This document shows, one piece after another, positions 19,238-27,644 of a stretch of 40,443 nucleotides of DNA (positions are counted from its first letter, which is position 1; the number at the start of each line of letters is the position of its first letter). Where the stretch lies: IMG/VR virus record IMGVR_UViG_3300028841_000327; one strand, 5' to 3'. A model generated the notes under the pieces. It saw only the letters and a program-made list of their open reading frames with translations. It was not told the origin of the DNA and did no database searches. This stretch comes from a virus. Made by a program: the position numbers and the translations under genes.

Positions 19238-20170
19238 CTACTCCTCCACCCCGGTCCACCGCTTGCCGAGCTTGCCGGTGCCCAAGACCCAGTTGAGGAT
19301 CCTCGTGTGCGAGGGGAGCGGCTCGTCTTCGCCCGCGTCCCGGATGTTGACCAAGAGCGCCTCGACCTCGGCCCGCTTCCGCATGCCGCGGGCCGCCACG
19401 ACACCGCCCTTGTCGTCGGCCTTGCCCTTGGACTCCTTGTCCTTGCTCTTGGCGGGCTTGCCGGTGGCCTCGCGGACGAAGTCCATCGCGGCGGCACCCG
19501 CCACGATGCCGCTCTCGTTCATCTTCGTGAGCGTCTCGACCTGCTTCTCGCGGGGGAGGTCGGCGAGCTCGATGGCGACGACCATGGGGATGCCGCCCCC
19601 GCGCTTGCCGGTGCGGTTGATCTGCTTGAGGATGGTCGGGTCGAGCTGCAGGACCCGCTGCCAGTTCTCGAGCGTGTCGCGGCTGACGCCGAAGACGATC
19701 TCGGCGTCCTCCATCGTGTTGCCGAGGGCGACGTAGCGCTCGAGCTTCTGCGCCTTGATGACGATGTCGTCGTCCTGCCGCTGCTCGTTCTCCGTGATCA
19801 TGACCGCGGTCATCGTGGAATCGTTCCCACGAACGATCTTGGCGGGGACCTTGATCAGCTCGGCGGAGTTGCCCTCCTCGCGCAGCCGACGGTTGGCCTC
19901 GCGGGCCGCCTTGACGCGCTGGCGCCCGTAGACGCACTCGACGATGCAGTGGCCGGTCGTGGGGTCGGTCCCGTTCTGGCGGACCTCGATGGGCTCTCGC
20001 ACGCCGAACTTCATGATGTTCTTGACGAGCCACTCCCTGACGGGGAGGTTCACGCGCTCGTCGTAGAGCGGGTGGGTCTTCTCCGTCACGAGGACGATGT
20101 CGTCCGGGTCGAAGAGGAAGAGATCCTGACGGCCCTTGGCGCGGTACTTCGTGAGTTGGTCGCTTCCCAT
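19238..20170 (-). CDS. ParB/Srx N-terminal-domain protein, phage type (310 aa)
   Basis: HPLYDERV...NIMKFGVREPIEV...VYGRQRVKAAREAN...ITENEQR plus HTH AEIVFGVSRDTLENW; AGAAAGG RBS. Confidence 0.75.
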   Translation of the reverse strand: MGSDQLTKYRAKGRQDLFLFDPDDIVLVTEKTHPLYDERVNLPVREWLVKNIMKFGVREPIEVRQNGTDPTTGHCIVECVYGRQRVKAAREANRRLREEGNSAELIKVPAKIVRGNDSTMTAVMITENEQRQDDDIVIKAQKLERYVALGNTMEDAEIVFGVSRDTLENWQRVLQLDPTILKQINRTGKRGGGIPMVVAIELADLPREKQVETLTKMNESGIVAGAAAMDFVREATGKPAKSKDKESKGKADDKGGVVAARGMRKRAEVEALLVNIRDAGEDEPLPSHTRILNWVLGTGKLGKRWTGVEE

Positions 20171-20187
20171 GGTGGGGGGTGTCCTTT

Positions 20188-20946
20188 CTACGTGGCGGTG
20201 TCGCCCTCGACATGGCGAAGGCTTGGGTCGATGGGAGGAGTGTCGGCCTTCTGGCGCGCGGGGATCTTGCTCGCCTCCTCGCGCAGCCGGGGCTCGAGGC
20301 CGGAGAGGCTCACGTCGCGGATGCCGCCGCCGCTGACGGCGATGGCACCCCCGTAGAGGGTGTCCTCGTCCTGGGCGAACCAGGTGACGAAGGAGACGCT
20401 GCGCAGGTACTCGCTGAACGCGCCCTGCGTCGCGAAGGTGTCGGGACGGGGGACAGGCGGCCGCCACTCGCGGTGGAACTCGTGGAGCAGTTCGGCGACC
20501 AGTTGCGGCGCGGTGTGGCGCTGGAACTTGCGGAACTCCGGCCACGAGAACCGGCAGTAGGCCTTGCGGCCCGGGGCGTTCGTGTCCCACGCCTCCCATG
20601 CGAACGCGAGGAACGGTTCCTCGAGCCGCTCACAGAGGTCGTCGAGCACAGGGACGACCTTGGGAAGCCACTTGACCAGCCGCTCGTCCTCGCCGGTCAT
20701 GTACTCGACCCGCTGAGCCATCGTGAACTTGGGGGAGTGGCGGTACGAGTCTGCGGCGTGGTTCGCGGTGGTGGCGAGCGCGTCGAGCCAGTCCAGCTCA
20801 TCCCGCGAGAGGCCGATGAGTTCGGCGCTCAGGGCGCGGGGCTTGAGCAGGTGCTGGCGGCTGATGAGCTCGTTCTCCGCGCTCCACCAGCTCGCGGGCT
20901 TCGGCGCCATGAGGGGATCGGGATCGAAGGTGAGGCGTCCGGGCAT
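20188..20946 (-). CDS. Hypothetical protein (252 aa)
   Basis: GGAGG upstream; co-oriented. Confidence 0.55.
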   Translation of the reverse strand: MPGRLTFDPDPLMAPKPASWWSAENELISRQHLLKPRALSAELIGLSRDELDWLDALATTANHAADSYRHSPKFTMAQRVEYMTGEDERLVKWLPKVVPVLDDLCERLEEPFLAFAWEAWDTNAPGRKAYCRFSWPEFRKFQRHTAPQLVAELLHEFHREWRPPVPRPDTFATQGAFSEYLRSVSFVTWFAQDEDTLYGGAIAVSGGGIRDVSLSGLEPRLREEASKIPARQKADTPPIDPSLRHVEGDTAT

Positions 20947-20948
20947 GA

Positions 20949-21416
20949 CTACAGGACCTCCGCGGGCATGTCGGCGATGCACTCGGCGCCGAGGTCGGCG
21001 CGCTCGATCGCGCCCGCGACGCGGCGGATCGCGCGGATCGTCTCGTCGTCGTTGGGCCACGCCGCGGTCATCTGGCCGTTGCGGTCCTCACGCATGGGCG
21101 TGCCTTCGCGGCGGACGTTCTCCACGAGGTACCCGGCCCGCACGGGGCGGAACCCGCGGTGCTGGCCGCCCGGCCCAGCGACCTTGCCGCCGTAGACGAC
21201 GCGGCGCCCGTTGATGTCCTCGCGGACGCGGATGTACCACTCGGTGTTTGCCTGACCGGCGACCTTGCCGTCGTGTTCTTCGGCCGTCGCGATGACCGGC
21301 CACTCGTCGATGGCGACCTGGATCGGGCGGCGGTCGCTCATCGCGATGGTGACATATTCGCGGCCGACGGTGACGGTGGCGTCGCTGTCGCTGGCGGTTT
21401 CGGTGGTGGTGGTCAT
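20949..21416 (-). CDS. Hypothetical protein (155 aa)
   Basis: AGAAGGA RBS. Confidence 0.65.
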   Translation of the reverse strand: MTTTTETASDSDATVTVGREYVTIAMSDRRPIQVAIDEWPVIATAEEHDGKVAGQANTEWYIRVREDINGRRVVYGGKVAGPGGQHRGFRPVRAGYLVENVRREGTPMREDRNGQMTAAWPNDDETIRAIRRVAGAIERADLGAECIADMPAEVL

Positions 21417-21453
21417 GGTAACGGTTCCTTCTGGTGGTGGTGGGTGGTCGAAC

Positions 21454-21473
21454 TGCTAACAGGTGTTAGCGCA
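21454..21473. promoter_or_regulatory. 20-bp palindromic operator, copy 2 (TGCTAACAGGTGTTAGCGCA)
   Basis: 18/20 identical to reverse complement of 15823-15842; at a gene boundary. Confidence 0.6.
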
Positions 21474-22068
21474 TGATGACGGAGCCGTCCAGTGGCAGCT
21501 CGTGTTGGTTGGTCTGGCGCAGCGTGTCGGCGAGCGTCAGGGCCTCGTTCGTGGCGACCTGCTCGAGCGTGACCAGCTCCGCGTCGCAGATGCCGGCGAT
21601 CGTGACCGCGTAGATCCCGGCCGCGATGTCGCCATCGGAGACCGTGGTCCACGAGACCTTGACGACCGTGCGGTAGGCGTCGTCACCGAGCAGGGCCGGG
21701 GAGCGCCACTTCACCAAGAACCGGTGAAGGACGCGGGCGACCAGATCCGGCTGCTCGATGCCGTGGTCGTCGATCACGTCGGACCAGTAGAAGTGCACGG
21801 TGTGGCTGAGCGGCGCGCCACGGAGGTGGACCGTCTCGGCGGCGAAGACCGACTCGTCGAAGGCGACGGTCGCGAACCCGGGGCGCGTCATCCACTCGCC
21901 CGTTTGCTTCTTGGCGTACAGCTCGTCGAGCAGCTCGACGGCCTCGGGGATGGGATCCGCACAGCACTCGGGTGCCGCCAGCGTGTCGACGAACCGACAG
22001 AGCCAGCGGTGCTCGAGTTCGGTCAGCGCGACGTTCGCCTGCAAGGCTTGGATGGCGGTGGTGCTCAC
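21466..22068 (-). CDS. Hypothetical protein (200 aa)
   Basis: GGAGG RBS, GTGA coupling. Confidence 0.55.
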   Translation of the reverse strand: MSTTAIQALQANVALTELEHRWLCRFVDTLAAPECCADPIPEAVELLDELYAKKQTGEWMTRPGFATVAFDESVFAAETVHLRGAPLSHTVHFYWSDVIDDHGIEQPDLVARVLHRFLVKWRSPALLGDDAYRTVVKVSWTTVSDGDIAAGIYAVTIAGICDAELVTLEQVATNEALTLADTLRQTNQHELPLDGSVIMR

Positions 22069-22253
22069 AGCGCCTCCATGAGCCGGTCGGCCATCTGATC
22101 GGCCTCGGTGGCCTGCGTGGCGAACTGCTCCGACATGCGCGTGTCGCCGCTCTTGGCGAACCCGTCGCGGTCACGCTCGTACGCCGTCTTGGCGGTGAGG
22201 AGCGCGTTGACGACGGAGAGCAGCTCGGATTCGGTCAGCGTGACGTTGGGCAT
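22065..22253 (-). CDS. Hypothetical protein (62 aa)
   Basis: AGGAGG RBS. Confidence 0.55.
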   Translation of the reverse strand: MPNVTLTESELLSVVNALLTAKTAYERDRDGFAKSGDTRMSEQFATQATEADQMADRLMEAL

Positions 22254-22732
22254 GAGGCCTCCTGCGGTTGGGCCGTGGGGGTCGCCCCGGCGTCTGCCAT
22301 TCGCTTCCGAGCGCCCGCCATGAGCGCCTCGAACACTTCCGGCTCGAGCACCTCCTGCGCCTCCGTGATGAAGTGGTGGCGCAGGTCGGCGGCCGCCAGG
22401 TGACGCGGGTGGGTGCGTGTGGCCTGGATGGCCTGCGAGAACTCGCGTTCCATCGCGAGCTTGACGCCCGCGGTCCGCGACAGAGCGGTCCGGCAGTGCG
22501 TGAGCAGGTCGTTGGGCTGGCCGCCCTCGCCCGCCGCGAAGCGAGCTGATGCCTTGCTGACGAGCGCGGACAGCCGCTTGGTCGCCCCGGACAGACCTTG
22601 GATGTGCGCCTCGAACGCCAAGCGATCGTGGCTCGGCTGCGTGATCTGCATCCGGTGGAGCTCGTGGAGCGCGGACTCGAGCTGACGAGTCAGAAGCTCC
22701 GTGGGCGGCTCGACGACACGCAGGCGGCTCAT
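22235..22732 (-). CDS. Helical hypothetical protein (165 aa)
   Basis: ATGA coupling to methyltransferase stop. Confidence 0.55.
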   Translation of the reverse strand: MSRLRVVEPPTELLTRQLESALHELHRMQITQPSHDRLAFEAHIQGLSGATKRLSALVSKASARFAAGEGGQPNDLLTHCRTALSRTAGVKLAMEREFSQAIQATRTHPRHLAAADLRHHFITEAQEVLEPEVFEALMAGARKRMADAGATPTAQPQEASCPTSR

Positions 22733-24735
22733 TGCAGGGCGGCCTCCTCGGCCGCTGCCCCGGAGATGATCCACTCGGACTCGCGCTCCTCGTCCGCGGA
22801 GAGGAAGCGGGCCCAGCCAGGCGCGATGGCGTCGGGCGCGTCCACCCAGACGCCGGTGTCCCCGTTGAGGCTCCACGCGCCCGTGGCACCTCCCACGAGG
22901 GTGACCAGCATCCGCGTGGCGATGGCCTTGGCGGTGGGGGGCGGCACGGCGTTGCCGATGCGTTCCCGCCACGCCGAGGACGACTTGCCGTGGAAGCACA
23001 GCGGCTTGCCGTCGACGTGCGAGGGCATGCCTTGCAGCATGGCCAGCTCGTAGGTGGTGAGCGGGCGGTGCCAGCACCCGTCCTCGGCGAGGATGATGGG
23101 CACGACCTCGGGGGCGTCCTTCGGGTTCGCCGGAGGAACGAACACCTGATGGTCGGGGACCCGGGGGTCGGCCACGGAGTAGGCGCCCTGGCCGGGGTGG
23201 GAGCCCGCGGCGACGGTGGGGCTGGGCTCGCGCCAGTGCAGGACCCCGTAGCCGTGGTCGTAGGCCTTGGAGACGCACAGGATGGGACGCCCTTCCTCGA
23301 TCCGAGGGTCGGCGACCGCCGCGGTGGCGTTGTCGATCTTCATGTGGCCGGTGATCGTGCGCGCGGCCTCGCGCCACCCGAGGAGCCCGTAGGCCCCCGC
23401 GCGCGGCTCGCACCCGAGGCGCACGTCGGCGACCGCGAACCGGCCGGTGCTGATGCCCGCCCCGCCGGTGACGGTGGCCGAAGGCTCGTCCCACCCGTTG
23501 ACGCCGTAGACGCCATGGAAGGCAGCGTCCACGCGCACGTCGGCGACCGCGAACCGTCCGGTGCTGATGTTCGCCCGACCGGTGACGGTGTCCGAGGGCT
23601 CGTCCCACCCGTTGACGCCGTACACGCCGTTGAAGGCGCCATCGAGCGTGAGGCGGGGGTCGGCGACGCTGACGGCTCCGCTGCTCGGAGCAGGGGAGGA
23701 CGTGACCGTGGGGGCAGCCTGGTCCCACCCGGTGACCCGGTCGACGTTGCCGAAGGCGTTGTCCTTCCCGCCGACCAAGAGGTCCCTGCTCGCGCCATCG
23801 AACTCGAGCCGCGGGTCGGCGATGTTGTTGACCGCGTTCGAGCCGGAGCCCGCGATGGTGGCGGCGGGCTCGTTCCAGCTCTCGATGCGGTGTCGACGGT
23901 GAAGCGTTCGGCGCGCCTGACCTTCGGCGAGGACGCCCGGGATGTCGCGCCAATCGCCCCCGGCGGGGATGAGCGCGAGGCGCACCCAGTTCAGCCAGGA
24001 GATGGTGGGCAGCCGGTGCATCGGCCCCCCTGCGGCGTCCTCGGGCATCGGCAGCTCGCGGAGCACGGCGCCGCACGGACGGACCTTGAGCTTGGGGGGC
24101 TCGTACAGGAGCGCGGGGGCACGCTTCGGGAGGCGAGCGACGAGCAGGTAGCGCTGGCGGTGCTGGGCCAGAGCCCCGATCTCCCCGCAGTCGTGGAACC
24201 CGTCGCTGAACACGTAGCCCTTGGCGCGCAGGACGGAGCGCAGCTCGCGCACCATGTCCGCGGCGCGCTTGCGCAGGCGGGGGACGTTCTCGAGCAGGAT
24301 GAGGGCGGGCCCTTCCGACCAGGCCTCGAACATGAGCTTGGTCCAGACGACCGCAAGGCGGTTCATGTCCTTGTACTTCTTCGTCTTGGCCTTCTCGGCC
24401 GAGAGGAGCCCCGACGCGCCCTTGCAGGGCGGGCTCATGAACACGACGTCGGGGGCCTTGTCCCCGGCGAACGCGCGGAGCATCTTGGCGGTGAGCTTGG
24501 GCACCTTGCGGCGGACCCAGTGCGGGGGCGGGGCGTCGCCGACGTAGGCGTTCAGCGCCGGGCTCTTGGTGAGGTACTCGAAGTCGTGGCACCCCGCGGT
24601 GTCACCATCGATGCCACCCACAGAGCGGAAGCTCGCGGTGACCCCGCAGACGGTCACCTGGGCGTTGAGGAAGCCGAGCGCCCCGGCGCCGAGACCGCAG
24701 AAAGGGAACAGCGCCGTGAAAACATGGTGGTTCAT
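22729..24735 (-). CDS. C5 DNA cytosine methyltransferase with repeat-expanded variable region (668 aa)
   Basis: Motifs I FCGLG, IV SPPCKG, VI LLENV, VIII QHRQR, IX RPLTTYELAMLQG, X RIGNAVPP; several ...W.EP..TV...VADPR repeats between VIII and IX. Confidence 0.9.
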   Translation of the reverse strand: MNHHVFTALFPFCGLGAGALGFLNAQVTVCGVTASFRSVGGIDGDTAGCHDFEYLTKSPALNAYVGDAPPPHWVRRKVPKLTAKMLRAFAGDKAPDVVFMSPPCKGASGLLSAEKAKTKKYKDMNRLAVVWTKLMFEAWSEGPALILLENVPRLRKRAADMVRELRSVLRAKGYVFSDGFHDCGEIGALAQHRQRYLLVARLPKRAPALLYEPPKLKVRPCGAVLRELPMPEDAAGGPMHRLPTISWLNWVRLALIPAGGDWRDIPGVLAEGQARRTLHRRHRIESWNEPAATIAGSGSNAVNNIADPRLEFDGASRDLLVGGKDNAFGNVDRVTGWDQAAPTVTSSPAPSSGAVSVADPRLTLDGAFNGVYGVNGWDEPSDTVTGRANISTGRFAVADVRVDAAFHGVYGVNGWDEPSATVTGGAGISTGRFAVADVRLGCEPRAGAYGLLGWREAARTITGHMKIDNATAAVADPRIEEGRPILCVSKAYDHGYGVLHWREPSPTVAAGSHPGQGAYSVADPRVPDHQVFVPPANPKDAPEVVPIILAEDGCWHRPLTTYELAMLQGMPSHVDGKPLCFHGKSSSAWRERIGNAVPPPTAKAIATRMLVTLVGGATGAWSLNGDTGVWVDAPDAIAPGWARFLSADEERESEWIISGAAAEEAALQ
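23421..23637. repeat. Near-identical 114-bp-period (38-codon) tandem duplication inside the C5 methyltransferase
   Basis: 23421-23523 vs 23535-23637, each encoding AFxGVYGVNGWDEPSxTVTGxAxISTGRFAVADV. Confidence 0.85.
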
Positions 24736-24822
24736 GGTGTCCTTGCAAGGGGCAGCGGCATGCCGCCCCGAGGTGGATGTTGAAGGGTGCAGCATGGCCG
24801 TGTTCGGACCATGCTGCAAGAG

Positions 24823-25035
24823 CTACTTGCAGCTGGGCAGGCTGCTCGCGACGGGGGCCGGTGGCGGGTCGTGCGCCACGCGATAGCGGGCGTAGGCGAC
24901 CATGGCAGCCGGGCACCCGAAGACGATCAGCGCGCCGACGTGCGCGGCGAAGCGGCGCCGTGAGAAGATCACGATGCTGCAACCGCCGACCATACCCACG
25001 ACCGTGAGCAACAGGGTGAAGAAGGGCGTCATCAT
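24823..25035 (-). CDS. Small two-TM membrane protein (70 aa)
   Basis: AGGAGG RBS; two hydrophobic segments. Confidence 0.55.
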   Translation of the reverse strand: MMTPFFTLLLTVVGMVGGCSIVIFSRRRFAAHVGALIVFGCPAAMVAYARYRVAHDPPPAPVASSLPSCK

Positions 25036-25044
25036 GACCTCCTG

Positions 25045-25221
25045 TCAGTCCTCGACTTCGCAGCCTTGCTTGACGGCGGCGTCGGACACGCCGTGCACGA
25101 CAGACGCGAAGCGGAGTTCAGCGATGAGCGTCGAGGCGCTCCTGGAGTCGTCCGAGATGGCGAGGACACCATCGACGATCTTCTTGGCTAAGGCTCGTCG
25201 TCGAAGAGGCTCGGTCGACAT
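25045..25221 (-). CDS. Hypothetical protein (58 aa)
   Basis: TGATG coupling. Confidence 0.5.
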   Translation of the reverse strand: MSTEPLRRRALAKKIVDGVLAISDDSRSASTLIAELRFASVVHGVSDAAVKQGCEVED

Positions 25222-25457
25222 CAGTTCTTCCTGATCGTCTCGACGAAGGCGGCGATTCCGTCGGCGAGCTTGGCTTCGTCGGCGCCTTCCTTGAGCAGCC
25301 GGTGGCCCTCGGCGAACACCTTGGACGTGTCCATGATGTCGATCTGGATGTTGGCGCACCGCTGGCGGTACACCTTGTCGATGAGGTCCTGGGCGGCCTT
25401 GTGGGCACGCTTGGCGGCGCGGTCGGAGGTCGTGGCGGTCTTCGTGGTGGTCTTCAT
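25221..25457 (-). CDS. Hypothetical protein (78 aa)
   Basis: GAAAGGA RBS. Confidence 0.6.
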   Translation of the reverse strand: MKTTTKTATTSDRAAKRAHKAAQDLIDKVYRQRCANIQIDIMDTSKVFAEGHRLLKEGADEAKLADGIAAFVETIRKN

Positions 25458-25477
25458 GGCGAACGGTTCCTTTCGGG

Positions 25478-26086
25478 TCAGCGGGTCTTCCACCAAGGCG
25501 TCCAGCCCTCGAGCATCGCCTTGGACTTGCGGACCTCGGCGCCGGAGGCGTCCAAGGCGTTGACGGAGGCCATGCGTGCGACGGTGGCGATGGCGTCGGG
25601 GCCGTCCTTGGTCTCGCCGCACCCGACGGCGATGCCGTCTCGGCGGATGTAGACCGCTTGGGCCTTCCCGTCTCGAACGCGGTAGCGGATCTCGTCCTCC
25701 TTGTCGTGCATCGGCACCGGCTTGGAGGGTGCCACCGGACCGCGGCCGTCGACGACGCCTTGGGCGTAGGCCATGGCGAGTGCGAACGATGGGCCATCGA
25801 TGGACCAGTCGGGTGCGTCGCCTTGCAGGTTGAGGCCGTCGCCCTGGGTGTGGGTCTTGGTGAGTGTCGAGAGGTAGTAGCGCGAGACGAACTGTCCGCG
25901 CAGGGTCTCCCCGACGGGGTCGTGTGGGTACCGACCGTCGTAGAACTCGACCATCGGCTCGTCCTCGTTGTGAACGCAGGCGTGCTTGCCGTCGCGATAG
26001 AGGCCGTAGCCGTCTCCGCGGAAGACGACCCGCACGTGGAACGGGATCCGCTTCCCGTTGGTCTCGGAGGTGACGGTGAGGGTCAT
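25478..26086 (-). CDS. Hypothetical protein (202 aa)
   Basis: EPMVEFYD.RY...GQFVSRYY.STL...GLNL.G....W.I motif; ATGA coupling. Confidence 0.6.
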   Translation of the reverse strand: MTLTVTSETNGKRIPFHVRVVFRGDGYGLYRDGKHACVHNEDEPMVEFYDGRYPHDPVGETLRGQFVSRYYLSTLTKTHTQGDGLNLQGDAPDWSIDGPSFALAMAYAQGVVDGRGPVAPSKPVPMHDKEDEIRYRVRDGKAQAVYIRRDGIAVGCGETKDGPDAIATVARMASVNALDASGAEVRKSKAMLEGWTPWWKTR

Positions 26087-26349
26087 GCGATCACCCGCTT
26101 GCGCAGGTCGCGCACGTTGGTGATGCGCGAGCGGACCTTGGCGCGCGCCGCCTCGAACAGCGCGGCGGACTCCATGTCCTCTTGGTCGACGGCGATGGTG
26201 TGACCGCGGTTCGCACGGCGAGCATTGCTCTCGAGCGCGAGCACGTGGTCGTGCAGCGCGGCTTGCAGCATGCGGATGTCCGCGGGCGAGAGGAAGACGG
26301 CGAGGAGCCGTCGGTTGCGCTTGGTGGACGACGTCTTGGAAGTGGCCAT
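26083..26349 (-). CDS. Hypothetical protein (88 aa)
   Basis: AAGGAG RBS. Confidence 0.6.
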   Translation of the reverse strand: MATSKTSSTKRNRRLLAVFLSPADIRMLQAALHDHVLALESNARRANRGHTIAVDQEDMESAALFEAARAKVRSRITNVRDLRKRVIA

Positions 26350-26452
26350 GGTGTTCTGCTCCTTGGCGGCGCCCGGTCGGCGCCGCGGTTGGTTTGAATG
26401 GTTCCGTGCACTCGCGTGCGTGCAGTTGCTACTGAACCCGCAAGTAGCAACT
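26350..26452 (-). promoter_or_regulatory. Structured intergenic element: 10-bp hairpin, A/C-rich linker, GCGG..CCGC hairpin abutting the SD
   Basis: AGTTGCTACT/AGTAGCAACT (26424-26433/26443-26452); GCGGCGCC-GACCG-GGCGCCGC-CAAGGAG on minus strand. Confidence 0.55.
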
Positions 26453-26821
26453 TCAGATCCGGCCGAGGGCCCGACGGATCTTGATGCCGAGTTCGGGCGA
26501 GGCCTTTGCGGTGGCGTCGAGCACGGTCTCCAGTTCCGCCGTTGTGAGGCCGAGGAAGGCCTGCATGCGGACGTGGATCGCGTTGAACTCGGCCATGGTC
26601 GGCCGGAGCATGGGGTGGTCGTTGCTCACGGCGGTGATGTGCAGCAAGTCGGGGCTCCGCCGCCCGTCGGCGTTCACGCCGATGACCGCAGTGGACCCGT
26701 CGGTGAAGCACTCGACGATGTAGTGCGCGTATGGCCGAGACTGCCACCCCTCGGCGCAGCGGACGCAGACGAAGTGGCGTTCGATGGCGGCGCCGCAGTT
26801 GGCGCACTTGCGCGGGCTCAC
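26453..26821 (-). CDS. Zn-finger hypothetical protein (122 aa, GTG start)
   Basis: CANC...CVRC; GTGA coupling. Confidence 0.5.
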   Translation of the reverse strand: MSPRKCANCGAAIERHFVCVRCAEGWQSRPYAHYIVECFTDGSTAVIGVNADGRRSPDLLHITAVSNDHPMLRPTMAEFNAIHVRMQAFLGLTTAELETVLDATAKASPELGIKIRRALGRI

Positions 26822-27477
26822 GAGCCGCCTCGCTTGACGAGCCTGTGGCGCGTCCCCTTCGTGGTGGACCCCGCGTGTGTCACGAGGAGCGTGTCGTCGC
26901 CGATCTGTTCGACCTGCGGCGCTATCGCGAGCGAGGGAGCCTCCTTCGGCCAGTCCCTCTTCGTGCGCACCTGGATGGTGCCGTCTCCGTTGGAGATGGC
27001 GCCCTCGTCGACAGTGCTTCGGAGGTTCGGGCGCTTGGAGAACGGATCGGTGGTCTCCTCGACGTAGACGATGACCGTCTGGTCGTGGAGGCGGTAGAGC
27101 TTGCGCGGATCGATCCACAGGTCCTTGGCGCGATCCTTCGGGGCCAGGAAGATGTCGGGCTTCCCATCCCAGCCGGGGTGGCTCCCGAGTTCGCCGACCC
27201 CGAGGTCGACGATGTCGCCGACCTTCGGGCGTTGCGGGACGATCTTCAGGAAGGCGTCGCCGAGGTGGCCGCTGTCACGGACCTCGACGACCTCGACGGT
27301 GAGCCGCACGCGCTTGCCCTCCAAGCGCTTGAGGAGCGCCTTGTCGTACTTGACGACAGCGGAGCCTGCCTTGGGGTTGAAGGGCGTGTCCGAGAGATGG
27401 ATCGAGCCGTAGCGCGAAGTGCGCCGCTCGGTGCCGTCCCACCCGAAGATGCCCTTGGCGAGAATCTGCTTGCTCAT
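26818..27477 (-). CDS. Hypothetical protein (219 aa)
   Basis: GAAGGAG RBS, ATGA coupling. Confidence 0.6.
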   Translation of the reverse strand: MSKQILAKGIFGWDGTERRTSRYGSIHLSDTPFNPKAGSAVVKYDKALLKRLEGKRVRLTVEVVEVRDSGHLGDAFLKIVPQRPKVGDIVDLGVGELGSHPGWDGKPDIFLAPKDRAKDLWIDPRKLYRLHDQTVIVYVEETTDPFSKRPNLRSTVDEGAISNGDGTIQVRTKRDWPKEAPSLAIAPQVEQIGDDTLLVTHAGSTTKGTRHRLVKRGGS

Positions 27478-27644
27478 GCGGTCTCCTTCGTGGCGGCGCG
27501 CCGCCGATGGGTCTTGAGGGTGAGCGCCTCGGCGGCGTCCGCCTCGGCCTTGAGCGCCGCGAGCCACCGCGGGTCGTCGTACGCGATGGACTCGTCCTTG
27601 AGCAGGGCGTCGACCTCGAGCCTTGCCTTCTGGAGTGCGGTCAC
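27474..27644 (-). CDS. Hypothetical protein (56 aa)
   Basis: Coupled start/stop at both ends. Confidence 0.45.
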   Translation of the reverse strand: MTALQKARLEVDALLKDESIAYDDPRWLAALKAEADAAEALTLKTHRRRAATKETA

